From positions 1 through 64,000 of IMG/VR virus record IMGVR_UViG_2663763243_000008: a DNA stretch of 64,000 bases; one strand, written 5' to 3'. The notes beneath the pieces were generated by a model that was given only the letters and a program-made list of their open reading frames with translations, was not told the origin of the DNA and did no database searches. Each line of letters begins with the position of its first letter. The stretch's first letter is position 1. This document shows, piece after piece, positions 1 to 10,532 of this stretch. Origin of the DNA: a virus (taxonomy: Duplodnaviria > Caudoviricetes). The position numbers and the translations under genes were made by a program.

Positions 1-216
1 TCAGAACATGACCACCTGACCGCCACTTTGTGGATGAGGCATCACTGGGTTAATCTCGCCGGGCTTCGATATTGAACGCATAAAACTTTCCATCGTCACA
101 AAGGTATGGCCGCAATTCACATTGATGCACTGGTGATAGCGCTCTTTGGTTTCGGTGGTGATCTGGCTGCTACTGCGGGTATGGGCTGCGCTATGGCATA
201 AAGGGCAATTGAACAT
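1..216 (-). CDS. ogr: Ogr/Delta-family zinc-finger late-gene activator
   Basis: MFNCPLC...ERYHQCINVNCGHTF C4 zinc-finger signature, directly after gene D as in P2. Confidence 0.95.
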   Translation of the reverse strand: MFNCPLCHSAAHTRSSSQITTETKERYHQCINVNCGHTFVTMESFMRSISKPGEINPVMPHPQSGGQVVMF

Positions 217-290
217 GATCCGGACTCCGGTATCATCCCGACTATGGTCGGTGTTAATGATAATTATGCGTGATTATTGATTAAAAATCA

Positions 291-1391
291 TCATTCCATA
301 TCCAAATCATCTATTTTCACCTCCAATTCCAGCGCGGTAGTAAAACCACTGTCACTCACTGAATGGGTCACAGTCACCAATGTCCAATCAGCTTCATCAA
401 TCTGCTTTTTGAATCCGGTCACTTTAACTGGTACTTCGGGATAGAGATCTGCGCGCCCCTTCGCAAGCTGAATAGAGAATTTTGCCGCGCCACGTTGCAG
501 CCGTTCCCAATTCGATTTAGCCGCCCGCTGTGCGTTGTTCTTGCTGGCGTAAGTGGTGCGCAAGGTCAGTACATTTTCATCCGTACCTATCAGATATTCG
601 CCCTGTTTCTCTTCTGGCTTCTTGGGCTTGGCGCTGCTTTTCGTCTTGCGTTTACGCTTTACTTTTACCGCTGGTTTTTCGGTGGTGCGGGTGTTAAGCC
701 AGTTCGCCACCACGCCGGTATATGCTCCCCGGTCAGCCATACTAAATTGATGGCCGTCACCCAAACTGCGAATAATAGTCATGACCGGAATAGGTTTGCC
801 GCTGGCGTTTTTCGCCTGGCCCTGACGGATAAATAACAGATTGCCATTTTTTACCGCGGCAATCGCGCCATATTGTTTCGCCAATCGGGTAATAAAATTA
901 CCGTCTGATTCGTTGGTTTGGTCTATATGGTCAACCGCTAAATCAGCCATGACTTTATTTAAAGTTGGCGTGAGTTTATTGCGCTCGGCGACGGTTTTAA
1001 TTATCCCGCCAATAGTGGTTTTATGATAAGACTGATCACGGCGAATATTGAGCGTTTCACGAAAATCCGCACTGCGGGCGCGAATAGTTAGCTTATCCGG
1101 TGCGCCACTGTGCTCTATTTCATCCACGGTAAAGATGCCTTTATCAATCAACGCCGCCCCTTGCCAGCCTAACGCAACGGCTATTTTTGCTCCGCGCCGT
1201 GGCAGCACTAATTTACCGTCTGAATCATCCAGTTCAATATCAAGCTGATCCGCTTCAAAGCCCCGATTATCGGTCAAAGTTAACGACATCAACCGCTTTT
1301 TAATGCCGCCGCTTTTATCAATGCCATCCACGGTAATAGAATAATCCGGTGCGTTATGGCCGTTATTTGACAGGATATCTATCATCGTCAT
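291..1391 (-). CDS. gpD: P2 late control/baseplate hub protein D
   Basis: LTLTDNRGFEADQLDIELDD and DQTNESD motifs; position. Confidence 0.93.
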   Translation of the reverse strand: MTMIDILSNNGHNAPDYSITVDGIDKSGGIKKRLMSLTLTDNRGFEADQLDIELDDSDGKLVLPRRGAKIAVALGWQGAALIDKGIFTVDEIEHSGAPDKLTIRARSADFRETLNIRRDQSYHKTTIGGIIKTVAERNKLTPTLNKVMADLAVDHIDQTNESDGNFITRLAKQYGAIAAVKNGNLLFIRQGQAKNASGKPIPVMTIIRSLGDGHQFSMADRGAYTGVVANWLNTRTTEKPAVKVKRKRKTKSSAKPKKPEEKQGEYLIGTDENVLTLRTTYASKNNAQRAAKSNWERLQRGAAKFSIQLAKGRADLYPEVPVKVTGFKKQIDEADWTLVTVTHSVSDSGFTTALELEVKIDDLDME

Positions 1392-1852
1392 GATAATAAT
1401 CCGCTGGCGGTGTTCGATATTTGAGTAGCGATATCGTCAAATTGCTGGGATAAATCACCAAACATCTCTTTTAATGATTCATCGGTACGTTTTAACGTCA
1501 GCGTGAATTCAATCTTGCGGGCCGAGCCATCACGGAAAAAAAAACTTTTGCCACGGCTCAGATTCTCAATCACAAACATGCCGTGGATTGCCCCGTTCCC
1601 CTCAATCAATGACCAAGCCTTGCCAGTATCAGCCATCAACTGCAAGGCCATTAGCGAGGCTTTGCCGCCGGTCAACTCTGGGTATAACACGCCGGATAAG
1701 GTAATGGATTCTTCATCTGGCCCTAAAAATTGACTGATGGGCCGCAAGCCAATGCGCGCATTGGACGGGTGACGCCATGCCATTTGATGCTGAAAATCTT
1801 GGTAAGGGACGGTTTGCAACATAAATACAAACATCCCAAATGCCATCATCAT
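1388..1852 (-). CDS. gpU: P2 tail protein U
   Basis: MMMAFGMFVF...QFLGP...ITLSGVLYPELTGG; position after tape measure. Confidence 0.93.
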   Translation of the reverse strand: MMMAFGMFVFMLQTVPYQDFQHQMAWRHPSNARIGLRPISQFLGPDEESITLSGVLYPELTGGKASLMALQLMADTGKAWSLIEGNGAIHGMFVIENLSRGKSFFFRDGSARKIEFTLTLKRTDESLKEMFGDLSQQFDDIATQISNTASGLLS

Positions 1853-1863
1853 GTTATTACTCC

Positions 1864-4782
1864 TTAGTCGTCATGGTCTTGATAGCTACGGTTTGATTTA
1901 CTCTGTTCCCTGCTGTTGTAGGCCGCCAGTTGGCGGGCCACCTCGCGGGCAATATCCTGTGCATCATGTTGTGGTAACGGATAAATATTGATAATGGGCG
2001 CGGCATGGCTGGTTTGATTTTGCTGTGGGTTGCTGGTCTGGCCGCTGCGATATTGTGACGCAGGCAAACTGTAGGGGTGCAGCGGTGCGGCGGCAGCCTG
2101 ATAGCCACTGAATAACATGGAAGCGGCAACCGCCATTGCCGCCGTATTGCGGCGTCCTGTGACTTGCGCCGGGCCGTTAATAATTTCAGGGCCATGCTCA
2201 CCGACTACACCGAATTTACCTAACGGGATAGTGCCGCCGTTATCATACTCACCGGTATATTTAGCCGCGATATCAGCGGCACTGTTACCCTTGGGGACAG
2301 GCTTCCATGTAATACCGTAATTACCTGCTGCGGCAGCTACCGCCGGATTGCTCTGTGCCAGTTCGCGGGTTTTCTCGGAGCGCTGTTTCACTTCGTCCAG
2401 TTTTTCCAGTACCCACTTGATGGATGAAATCAGCGCGTTAAGTGGCGTCATTGCCAGGCTAATACCATCAGCCAGGAACTTACCGAAAGATTTACCCGCA
2501 TCGGCAGCGCTGTTTAAATCGGCGGTGGTTGATTGCACCGGCTCCAGTAATTTTTTAAACCAGTTCCACACGTTTTTAACCGCATCACCAATCCAGTCAA
2601 ACACCGGCCCTAGCGGCTTAAGTGCCTCTCTAATCGGTGCGGCGGCTTGCATAAAGCCATCCACCACGCCGCCGAGAAATGACTTAATCGGATTCCAATA
2701 CTTGTAAATCAACAGGCCAGCGCCCGCGATAGCCGCACCAATCAGGCCGATAGGACTAATTAAGATCCCGAACATGCCCCCTAAGCCGCCAAGAGCAAAA
2801 CGCAGGAATTTAAGCGGGGATTTAGCCAGCCAGCTAATACCATTACCCAACATTTTAAAACCGCTGATACCGGATTTAACCGGCGAACGCACCACATTAA
2901 CCAGACCATTCCCCAGCCCTTTAAGGGTGGCAATCGCCGACTGACCGCCATTTTTAGACAGTGTGAGCAGTGAGCGGCTAAAGTTGCCGATCTGCTGGGT
3001 AGTGATGGGGGTAGTGCTCGCCAGTCTGGACATACCAAACGACAGTTGCGGCAACAGCCGAATACCTAATACCGAGGTGGTAAAACGTAGCAGAGCAAAC
3101 GGCCCCAAGATACCGACAACAGCGATAGCCAATGCACCGAATGCGGCGGTAGCAATAGCGACAGCGGTACCCACCTGCACAATGCCCAGGCTGATTTTGG
3201 GATGAGCTTTGAGGAACTCGGCCACACCATGCATAAACTCGGTAATGCTTTTGGCTGTTGACCTAAGCCATGCGTCATTCTTCTCAAACAGTTCAACGCT
3301 GACGTTTTCCAAAGCGGCATGAATAATGGTCATATCGCCTTTCAGGTTGTCCAGCTTGGTAGCCGCTACGCGAGCCGCCTCGCCATCATACTCACCGGGC
3401 TGACCGCGCATCTTATCTAGCGAGCCATTACCGGCGGCGTGCATTAGCACACCAAAACCGGTTACAGCATATTGTCCGGCGATGCTCTTAAAGATAGCCC
3501 CGCGCTCAACGTTACCCATTTTTGCGGTTTTCTCATTGATATCTTTGAGGATATCAACCAGATCGCGCATATTGCCGTTTTTATCGGCCGTCTTAACCCC
3601 TAAATCTTTAACGGTACTGGAGCCACCAATACGGCTTAAAATGCTGCGCATAGTGGTACCGGCCTGACTGCCCTGAATACCGGCACTGCCCAGCATGGCG
3701 GTGGACGCTGCGACGGTTTCCAAGCTCTGACCGTATTCGCGCCCAACGCCGCCAGAATACTTCATGGATTCGCCCAGCATCGGGATATCCACGTTATTCC
3801 GGGTAAACAGGGCGGTGAGCACATCGGCCACCCGATCCATTTTCTCCGCCGGTATACCCATCGCGGTTTGAATATTTGACGCGATATCGGCGGTGGTACC
3901 CAAATCGATATCACCGGCCGCCGCCAAATTCAACATACCAGGCATCGCCCCAACAACCTGTTTAGGGCTGTAGCCAGTGCGGCCAAGGTAATATTGGCCC
4001 TCGGCAACTTGCAGATCAGTAAATTTAGAGGACAGCGGCAAGGTGCGGGCCTGATGGCGCATAGCTTGCATTTCAGGCGAGTTCTTATCTTGAATGCGGG
4101 TTACCGCTTGGGTGCCGCTCATCATGGCGTCAAATTCATAGCCAACATGCAAGGCGTTCTCAATCCCACGGCCCATCGCGCGGCCAGTGGATAGCGAGGT
4201 GTAACCCAGTCCGGCGGCAATGGCTTTGCGCTGATTGCTGCTATCAAAGCGGTTACGGGCGGCACTGAGGCGCTGTTGTTGTTGGGCCTGCTGCTCTAAC
4301 CGGCGCTGTTGTGCGGTCAGTGCGGCGGTGGTGCTGGTGATATTGGCTTTAAGTGATCGCTGTGCCTGGCCTAATCGGTTAGTGGCAATACCGCTGCTTT
4401 GCAATGCGCTGCGCTGGGTATGTAGCGCGGTGCGTAAATCATTGTATTTTTGTTTTAGCTTGGCGGCCTCTTCGCTGGCGCGCTTAAACTCTCTGGCCTG
4501 TTTAGCGGTGGGCGCGGCACTGTTTTTTAATTCATTGGCAAGCTGGCGCGCTTTATCGCGGGCGGAGGCCAGCGCCTGAGCAGCGCCATTAACCGCCACT
4601 TTATTCTTGCGAAAGCCCTCAATTTTAGCCGCCTGGCTATTGAGTTGCTTGAGTTCCTCTTTGGAGTTTTTAATGGATGCGGCCAGCATCTTATTGCTGG
4701 CCAACATAGATTTAAATGGCTTGGTAACTTTATCAATGGCATTTAAAGAAACCTGCAAGCGGAGGTTCTTATCACTCATCAC
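1864..4782 (-). CDS. gpT: Tail tape measure protein
   Basis: 972 aa, Ala/Gly-rich helical, TP901-type core (GMLNLAAAG...GIQGSQAGT); follows E/E'. Confidence 0.93.
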   Translation of the reverse strand: MMSDKNLRLQVSLNAIDKVTKPFKSMLASNKMLAASIKNSKEELKQLNSQAAKIEGFRKNKVAVNGAAQALASARDKARQLANELKNSAAPTAKQAREFKRASEEAAKLKQKYNDLRTALHTQRSALQSSGIATNRLGQAQRSLKANITSTTAALTAQQRRLEQQAQQQQRLSAARNRFDSSNQRKAIAAGLGYTSLSTGRAMGRGIENALHVGYEFDAMMSGTQAVTRIQDKNSPEMQAMRHQARTLPLSSKFTDLQVAEGQYYLGRTGYSPKQVVGAMPGMLNLAAAGDIDLGTTADIASNIQTAMGIPAEKMDRVADVLTALFTRNNVDIPMLGESMKYSGGVGREYGQSLETVAASTAMLGSAGIQGSQAGTTMRSILSRIGGSSTVKDLGVKTADKNGNMRDLVDILKDINEKTAKMGNVERGAIFKSIAGQYAVTGFGVLMHAAGNGSLDKMRGQPGEYDGEAARVAATKLDNLKGDMTIIHAALENVSVELFEKNDAWLRSTAKSITEFMHGVAEFLKAHPKISLGIVQVGTAVAIATAAFGALAIAVVGILGPFALLRFTTSVLGIRLLPQLSFGMSRLASTTPITTQQIGNFSRSLLTLSKNGGQSAIATLKGLGNGLVNVVRSPVKSGISGFKMLGNGISWLAKSPLKFLRFALGGLGGMFGILISPIGLIGAAIAGAGLLIYKYWNPIKSFLGGVVDGFMQAAAPIREALKPLGPVFDWIGDAVKNVWNWFKKLLEPVQSTTADLNSAADAGKSFGKFLADGISLAMTPLNALISSIKWVLEKLDEVKQRSEKTRELAQSNPAVAAAAGNYGITWKPVPKGNSAADIAAKYTGEYDNGGTIPLGKFGVVGEHGPEIINGPAQVTGRRNTAAMAVAASMLFSGYQAAAAPLHPYSLPASQYRSGQTSNPQQNQTSHAAPIINIYPLPQHDAQDIAREVARQLAAYNSREQSKSNRSYQDHDD

Positions 4783-4951
4783 TGCCCCCGTTACGGATTA
4801 TGGCCTTATGTCGCCATTCTAAAAGCTCACCTACAGTCATCGGGTCGGTGGCTGATGGCGGCCAATGGAATACCACCGCGATATCAGCCACCAAATCATC
4901 AACCGTCAGGCTTTCAGGTAATCGGACTTGACCGAGTTCGGTAAGAAAAAA
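4772..4951 (-). CDS. gpE': GpE' extension of tail assembly chaperone, reached by -1 programmed frameshift
   Basis: T7 run (A7 at 4946-4952 on +) near the end of E; the -1 frame reads ...LTVDDLVADIAVVFHWPPSATDPMTVGELLEWRHKAIIRNGGSDE*, typical of P2 E+E'. Confidence 0.88.
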   Translation of the reverse strand, partial: FFLTELGQVRLPESLTVDDLVADIAVVFHWPPSATDPMTVGELLEWRHKAIIRNGGSDE

Positions 4952-5217
4952 ATAGCCAACGCCTGAGACAGCGCGTAGATATCAGCTGGATCAAGATTGC
5001 TGATTTCTGGCACGGTCAGGTTAGGGGTGGTGATGCGAGGTAATACTCGGATCAGCGCGTCAACATCGGTATCTAACAGCGCTTGCAATTTAGCCCCGCG
5101 CAATGCGCCAGTGTTGGGTTTATTCACCGTCACTTCGGTGATGGTGGTATTACCCCGGATAATGGGAACATCCAGCGTGATCACATTAAATTGGGGTTCA
5201 GTCGTGTCTTTTTTCAT
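4906..5217 (-). CDS. gpE: Tail assembly chaperone E
   Basis: ITLDVPIIRG...KPNTGALRG...LPRIT motif; between tail tube and tape measure. Confidence 0.92.
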   Translation of the reverse strand: MKKDTTEPQFNVITLDVPIIRGNTTITEVTVNKPNTGALRGAKLQALLDTDVDALIRVLPRITTPNLTVPEISNLDPADIYALSQALAIFFLPNSVKSDYLKA

Positions 5218-5242
5218 AATAATTATCCGATTAAAAGTTAGG

Positions 5243-5377
5243 TGATTTGCCCCCGAGTGCGACGGGGTGACTGTTCCTACGGGCGCTCCGGCGGCTTAAG
5301 CCGCTACGACCCGAACGGAACATTTCCCCATCGATTGGGCTATCGCGACTCGTCATCCACTCTCTGATGGGGAGATG
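5243..5377. repeat. Palindromic miniature element, YPAL-like
   Basis: Three hairpins in an unusually long FII-E spacer: CCCC..GGGG, GTTCC..GCGGCTTAAGCCGC..GGAAC, TCCCCATC..GATGGGGA. Family assignment is from recall; boundaries approximate. Confidence 0.55.
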
Positions 5378-5893
5378 TTACAAACCGATATTGCGACGGT
5401 GGGCTTCCAGCATATCGACGCCGTTGACCATCTCGACCATATTCACAATATCGACTTCGATCAGCACTTCACCGTCCCACGTCAATTTGTAGTAGGTGTT
5501 TTTGGTGGAAATCTTGGTCGTGATGTTATCGCCTTGCTTGCTGTCGCCGCCGTCAATTTCTTCATGACGGCCGCGCATCACGATTTCTACCGCGTGAGTT
5601 TCGCCGGTATCGTCGCGCTGATAGGAACCCGCAAAGCGCAGTAACACCCCGTCGACTTTGGTTACGCCCCATTGCTTGTAGATCTCGGACTCAATGCCGC
5701 CCAGCGTCCAGTCAACATCCAGCGCCCCGTCAGCCAGCCCCAAATCGACCTTAGCGCTGCCGTTCATGCCGCCACCGCGAAACTCTTCAAATTTGCGGTT
5801 GAGTTTTGGCAAGGTGATCGATTCAACCACCCCTTGATAGCTGTTCCCGTCATTGAATACATTCAGGAACTTAAGTTTGCGTGGTAATGCCAT
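5378..5893 (-). CDS. gpFII: Major tail tube protein FII
   Basis: MALPRKLKFLNVFNDG...FRGGGM signature. Confidence 0.95.
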   Translation of the reverse strand: MALPRKLKFLNVFNDGNSYQGVVESITLPKLNRKFEEFRGGGMNGSAKVDLGLADGALDVDWTLGGIESEIYKQWGVTKVDGVLLRFAGSYQRDDTGETHAVEIVMRGRHEEIDGGDSKQGDNITTKISTKNTYYKLTWDGEVLIEVDIVNMVEMVNGVDMLEAHRRNIGL

Positions 5894-5904
5894 GATTAAG
5901 CTCC

Positions 5905-7080
5905 TTAGCTATTAACGGCGGCGGCGAAATTAGCCAGATAACGATCCGTAATCCGCTGACGCAGGGTTAAATCCTCCAGCGGCGGCACCGGGGTGTAGTC
6001 GTAATCAATAAACAGGTGGCCCGCTTTGAGGGTGTCTTTATCGTTGACGCTATCGTCGTACCAGCAATCGCCATCAATCAGATAACCCAATGATTTCAGC
6101 TCGCGCATTTTGGCGCGAATGCCCTCAATAATGTCTTTTGCCAGTGACGGGGTAAGCGGCTTATCGTTGGCCCACATATGGGCCTCGGCCATGGTGTCAG
6201 CCAATACCTGCGCGGTGCGGGTGTAGTTCTCAAAGGCAAATAGCGGATCATCAGAGCAAGAACGGGAACCCCAAAAACGGTAACCGTCCTTGCGGATCAG
6301 GGTGGTAACGTCTTTGCTGTTAAGCAAGTTGGCATCGGTGGCGCTGTTTTGCAGATCCCAAAATACATCCGCACTGATACCGGTAACGCCATTGACGCCC
6401 ACGTTAGACAGTGTTTTATGCCAGCCAACATCATTATCAATCTTGGCGCGCAGGCCGAGGGCGCGGGCGGTCGCAAAGGCGGTAGCCTCGGCATTAGTGA
6501 CCGTATCCCAGCTAAGAAAGTCCGGCCAAATCACCATAGCCTCTCGCTGGCTGAAATTATCGCGGTAGATAATGGCCTCTTCTTTGGTTTTACAACCATA
6601 GGCGCTGATGTAGGCAAAGGCTCGTAGGCTCTGAGCTATGGCAAGTAGTTCAGTAGCAACCGCTTTGGTGTCATGACCGGGCACCCCCAAGATGCGTGGT
6701 TTAACATCAAACTTACCCTGCGCCGCTAACAGCGCTTTCATGCCGGTATAGCGGCCATCTGGCGTGGAGCCGCCGATAATATTGGAGGTGGTTTCGGCTT
6801 CGGTTTCACCCTGAGCCACTCGGACAACAATAGTCACGGGCTTGGTTTGGTCGCTGATAGCATCCAGTGAATGGGCCAATGTGCCGGTTTCACCGGCCTT
6901 GCCGCTGGCGGCCAGCACATCGGTGAGCAATACCGGGGTATTGAGTGGAAACAGGGTGGCGTCAGCATCATCGGAGGTACAGACCATCCCGACCACCGCC
7001 GTACTGACAGTGCGGATCGGGCGAGTGCCTTCGCTAATTTCAATGACGCGCACACCGTGGTGGTAATCGGTTGCAGACAT
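5905..7080 (-). CDS. gpFI: Tail sheath protein FI
   Basis: [11 protein letters not shown]...GWHKTLSNV...[11 protein letters not shown] signature. Confidence 0.96.
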   Translation of the reverse strand: MSATDYHHGVRVIEISEGTRPIRTVSTAVVGMVCTSDDADATLFPLNTPVLLTDVLAASGKAGETGTLAHSLDAISDQTKPVTIVVRVAQGETEAETTSNIIGGSTPDGRYTGMKALLAAQGKFDVKPRILGVPGHDTKAVATELLAIAQSLRAFAYISAYGCKTKEEAIIYRDNFSQREAMVIWPDFLSWDTVTNAEATAFATARALGLRAKIDNDVGWHKTLSNVGVNGVTGISADVFWDLQNSATDANLLNSKDVTTLIRKDGYRFWGSRSCSDDPLFAFENYTRTAQVLADTMAEAHMWANDKPLTPSLAKDIIEGIRAKMRELKSLGYLIDGDCWYDDSVNDKDTLKAGHLFIDYDYTPVPPLEDLTLRQRITDRYLANFAAAVNS

Positions 7081-7150
7081 GCGGTTTTCTCCGGTTAAGC
7101 GTTCATTCGCTATGATGCCGGATAACTACGCGCGGGGCAGTGGGTGGGGG

Positions 7151-7170
7151 TTGTGTGAGCGGTGGCACAA
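7151..7170. promoter_or_regulatory. Ogr-binding site of late promoter pF
   Basis: TTGTGTGAGCGGTGGCACAA = TGT-N12-ACA, upstream of FI. Confidence 0.85.
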
Positions 7171-7172
7171 TT

Positions 7173-7194
7173 AAAAAGCCCCTCAATAGGGGCT
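7173..7194 (-). terminator. Intrinsic terminator of the V-J-I-H-tfa operon
   Basis: AGCCCCT...AGGGGCT hairpin followed by T-run on the minus strand. Confidence 0.7.
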
Positions 7195-7205
7195 AGTCGG
7201 CTGGC

Positions 7206-7688
7206 TTATACTGCTGGCGGCCAAGTGGGAACAATATAGCCTTGATTGACCGCTTCTACTAATAGCCATTGCGACAGTTCCGGCAACTCAATTAGCGGCC
7301 AGCCCTCCAGTGTCGGCCATGCGCGATAAGCTGCGCGAACAGTGGCTAACTCGGTAAGCTGATTTTGGGTCAGTGGGATATCGTCAATACAGTAGTCACT
7401 GACCATTAGTGGATCGGTTGCCACAATGAAAGCATCCCGATAATGGCGTGCTTTAGCTGCCAATTCATCATCGGTTAATATTGGAAACGACAGAATATCA
7501 ATCCAATTCGGACGGCCATCAATAACACCAAGTTGCTTATTTATAGGGGGCATCTGTTTCCAATATGTAGTGAGCTCCTCAGTCGTCGGAACAATTAAAT
7601 CATCAGGCAGCGAATATCTGTAACTGCCATCTTTAATCATATTTTCCGCATAAAAGGCAACGGTACTAGGGGAGAACATTGCATTCAT
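7206..7688 (-). CDS. Tail fibre assembly chaperone
   Basis: Follows tail fibre; N-terminal FSPSTVAFY...P.D and GRP.W motifs typical of tfa proteins. Confidence 0.75.
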   Translation of the reverse strand: MNAMFSPSTVAFYAENMIKDGSYRYSLPDDLIVPTTEELTTYWKQMPPINKQLGVIDGRPNWIDILSFPILTDDELAAKARHYRDAFIVATDPLMVSDYCIDDIPLTQNQLTELATVRAAYRAWPTLEGWPLIELPELSQWLLVEAVNQGYIVPTWPPAV

Positions 7689-7691
7689 AAT

Positions 7692-9026
7692 TTAATATCC
7701 TATTGCAAAATAATCGACGCCAATAGCAATGCGTGTTGTTGCGTTAGTCCAGCCAGATAAAGCAAAACTCGAAAGAGATTTACTAGCATATGCGGCCCAT
7801 GCACCATTGGTATAACTGTTGTTTTGTGATGGATGGATACCCAATACTTTGTTAGGGAATGGAATAGGAAACGTCACTATGACATCGCCTGATGCTAAGG
7901 TTGTTGCAGCACCAAATTGAAAAATAAACCCACCGGGAACATCAGGAAAACGGAAATAGTCACTAGTACCAAACACTCTCTTGCCAAAAACACTCATTAA
8001 CCCAACCAGCGAAACCAGCTTATCCGCCGTTCCTACCTGCATTTCCGCATTAGAGGCAACGCCCTTTTTAGCGGCATCGCCCAAACCTAGGTTTGTAAGA
8101 AACTTCGCCACATCTGGAATATCACTGCCATTTTTAGCCTTATCCATTTTAGCGGCTAAAGCGTCAGTCATAGTGGTCGCGAAATCAGGATCATTACCCA
8201 GCGCATCAGCTAGCTTTTTCAAGGTATTGAGCGTGGTCGGTGACGATGCGACCAATGCGGAAATAGCCGCCTGAACGAATGCTGCACTAGCCACTTGCTG
8301 CGTATTGTTTCCCGCCGCTGGCGTAGGGGTTGTTGGCGTACCGGTCAACGCAGGGCTGGCAAGGGGCGCATAGTCGGCAAGAGATTGCTTAACATGCGCC
8401 GTGGTCGCCAGTTGTGTACTGTTATCGGTTTTTGCCGCCGTGGGGGCGGTCGGTTTGCCAGTTAATGCGGGGCTGGCTTTCGGTGCGTATCGTGAATGGG
8501 GATCAGTCGCTGCCAGATGCTTTTCCATCAGGTCATCCGTATAGGCTTTTACCACAATCACCTGATCATCCACATACTTACGCGTTGCCAGTACCACCGA
8601 GGGATCAATTTTCAGCGTGACCGCATCGGTACTACTGATAATCAACACCATACGCACGGTCTGTGTGCGGCCGCTACCCTCTTGTAGCTGGGGTTTGTAG
8701 GTGTCCGGGCAGTTGGCAATGGCGATCAAAATCCCATCTTTATCGAACAGGCCAACTTCGCGTATCCACCAACCGCCGTCCGTTTCAGGAATAACCTGTT
8801 CAGCGATAATCTGGCTACTGTTAGCCTCATCAATACTTAATGAATTGAGAGCCGCACGACGCTTCTCAGCGATAAGTTTAGTTTGTGCCGGGTTAGGTGT
8901 AGGTAATACACCACCGCCATCACCTACCGCCATATGCGTAATTTGTAATTGAGTACCGAGAGCGGCCGCATTTGCCAGCTTGGCCGCCCCCAAATTGGTC
9001 AGTAGCGCAAAATATTTCACTGTCAT
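7692..9026 (-). CDS. gpH: Tail fibre protein H
   Basis: Conserved P2 H N-terminus (LLTNLGAAKLANA...GGWWIREVGL...YKPQLQEGSGR), two YAP.ASPALTG.PT repeats, variable AT-richer C-terminus. Confidence 0.93.
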   Translation of the reverse strand: MTVKYFALLTNLGAAKLANAAALGTQLQITHMAVGDGGGVLPTPNPAQTKLIAEKRRAALNSLSIDEANSSQIIAEQVIPETDGGWWIREVGLFDKDGILIAIANCPDTYKPQLQEGSGRTQTVRMVLIISSTDAVTLKIDPSVVLATRKYVDDQVIVVKAYTDDLMEKHLAATDPHSRYAPKASPALTGKPTAPTAAKTDNSTQLATTAHVKQSLADYAPLASPALTGTPTTPTPAAGNNTQQVASAAFVQAAISALVASSPTTLNTLKKLADALGNDPDFATTMTDALAAKMDKAKNGSDIPDVAKFLTNLGLGDAAKKGVASNAEMQVGTADKLVSLVGLMSVFGKRVFGTSDYFRFPDVPGGFIFQFGAATTLASGDVIVTFPIPFPNKVLGIHPSQNNSYTNGAWAAYASKSLSSFALSGWTNATTRIAIGVDYFAIGY

Positions 9027-9631
9027 GGGTTCACTCTCATATCATCAATCAGATGCACCACACCGCCGCAATAGCCTTGACCTCTGACGGTAATCGTTTC
9101 GGGCAGATAGGGGTAAATAGTCATTTCATCACCGTCATAGCTGGCGGCGCTGATGGGGATTGTTCCGTTAACGTCGAGATTAATCGACAGGCCAATCAGA
9201 TGGCGGCTACACGGCTTGGCATCATCAATCAGCCGCTCAAGCTCTTGATACATTTCCTCGGTAATGCCGGTTTCCAACACGCCAATATCGAGGCGAAAGG
9301 TGCCGGGCGTCTCGTTGGTTTTCCACCACTCAATCACCTTGATGAGATAGCCGAGCGGCTCCACCACGCGCCGAATCGCGCCAATAGTGCCTTTGCGCTT
9401 ATGCACGGTGTAAGCGACTTTAACCACTGAGCGTTTAGTCGCTTCCGGCCACTTCTCATCCCAGCGATCTACCGACCACGCCCATGCCAGATAGGGCAGT
9501 AATTCCAGCGGGCAGGTGTCGGCATTCCACAGCTTGCTCAATGGCACATCAATATCCGCCATACGTGCACAGGCTTGTGCGGCGGCGATCTCCAGTGGGG
9601 TAGAGCCAACCGGCAATAAGCGTTTATTCAT
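9023..9631 (-). CDS. gpI: Tail protein I
   Basis: LLPYLAWAWSVDRWD...HKRKGTIGAIRRVV. Confidence 0.95.
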   Translation of the reverse strand: MNKRLLPVGSTPLEIAAAQACARMADIDVPLSKLWNADTCPLELLPYLAWAWSVDRWDEKWPEATKRSVVKVAYTVHKRKGTIGAIRRVVEPLGYLIKVIEWWKTNETPGTFRLDIGVLETGITEEMYQELERLIDDAKPCSRHLIGLSINLDVNGTIPISAASYDGDEMTIYPYLPETITVRGQGYCGGVVHLIDDMRVNP

Positions 9632-10532
9632 CAGAGCCGCCCACCCTCAAGCTATAACCGGTGCAGTGAGCGGCTTGCGTTCTATCCAACACCACATCTG
9701 CCAGCGGCGCGACCAGTTCTACCCGCTGCACCCCCTCAACATGCAGCGCGGCATAAATGGCTGATTGGCGAATATCGCGACCTAAGCGGCGCTGGGTGCT
9801 GATATAGGTGTTTAGCCTGGCTTCGGCTGCGGCACGGATCGGTTCGGCTTCGGGCCCCGGATAAAAATAGAGCGTGGCGTCAATCTGGTATTCCACGATA
9901 GCGGCAGAATTAACTGTTAATCGGTCGGCCACTGGCCGCACGTTTTCATCGTTCAGCGCAGCAAAGACGTTATCCAATAAATCTTGCCGGGCTTCGCCGT
10001 TACCCTCGCGGGAAAGTACCGTAACCGTGACACAGGCGGGTGATGGGCTAATCGCTGAGGCGTCAGCAATCCGACCGTCCGCACTGCGAGCATGATATTC
10101 GTAAGCGCCGGTTGGCCCGGCCACGCTCAAGCCCTCAAAGGCTTGCGGGATACGCATGCGGAAATCGTCGTCAGATTCCATCACTGCGGTAATAGGCGGG
10201 ATGGCGGCCGCATTGGCTGGCGTGATGGTCAAGCGCTCAATGCCATTATTTGCGCCGAGGTGATCTAAGTCGCTGCCAATAGCATGAGCCACCATCACCG
10301 CTTGCGCGCCCTCATTAACACGCTGCCGCAACAGCAATTCACGGTAGGTACTTTCCTGCAACAGCTTCACGATGGGTTCCGACTCAAATGACAACGTTAA
10401 GCGCACCGCGTTTTGTTGGTCGGCCGGATATAAGGCAATAAACGCCTCTTTGCGCACGGCAAACAGGCTGTCAAAATCCAGTGATTCAATCACCAGCGGG
10501 GCCGGTAACTGGCTTAAATCAATGATTGCCAT
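9624..10532 (-). CDS. gpJ: Baseplate assembly protein J
   Basis: IDLSQLPAP...EGLSVAGPTGAYEYHA. Confidence 0.95.
   Translation of the reverse strand: MAIIDLSQLPAPLVIESLDFDSLFAVRKEAFIALYPADQQNAVRLTLSFESEPIVKLLQESTYRELLLRQRVNEGAQAVMVAHAIGSDLDHLGANNGIERLTITPANAAAIPPITAVMESDDDFRMRIPQAFEGLSVAGPTGAYEYHARSADGRIADASAISPSPACVTVTVLSREGNGEARQDLLDNVFAALNDENVRPVADRLTVNSAAIVEYQIDATLYFYPGPEAEPIRAAAEARLNTYISTQRRLGRDIRQSAIYAALHVEGVQRVELVAPLADVVLDRTQAAHCTGYSLRVGGSDE

Noticed and set aside
7206-9026. Invertible tail-fibre cassette or diversity-generating retroelement
   Set aside because: No invertase, second fibre end, reverse transcriptase or template/variable repeat pair seen
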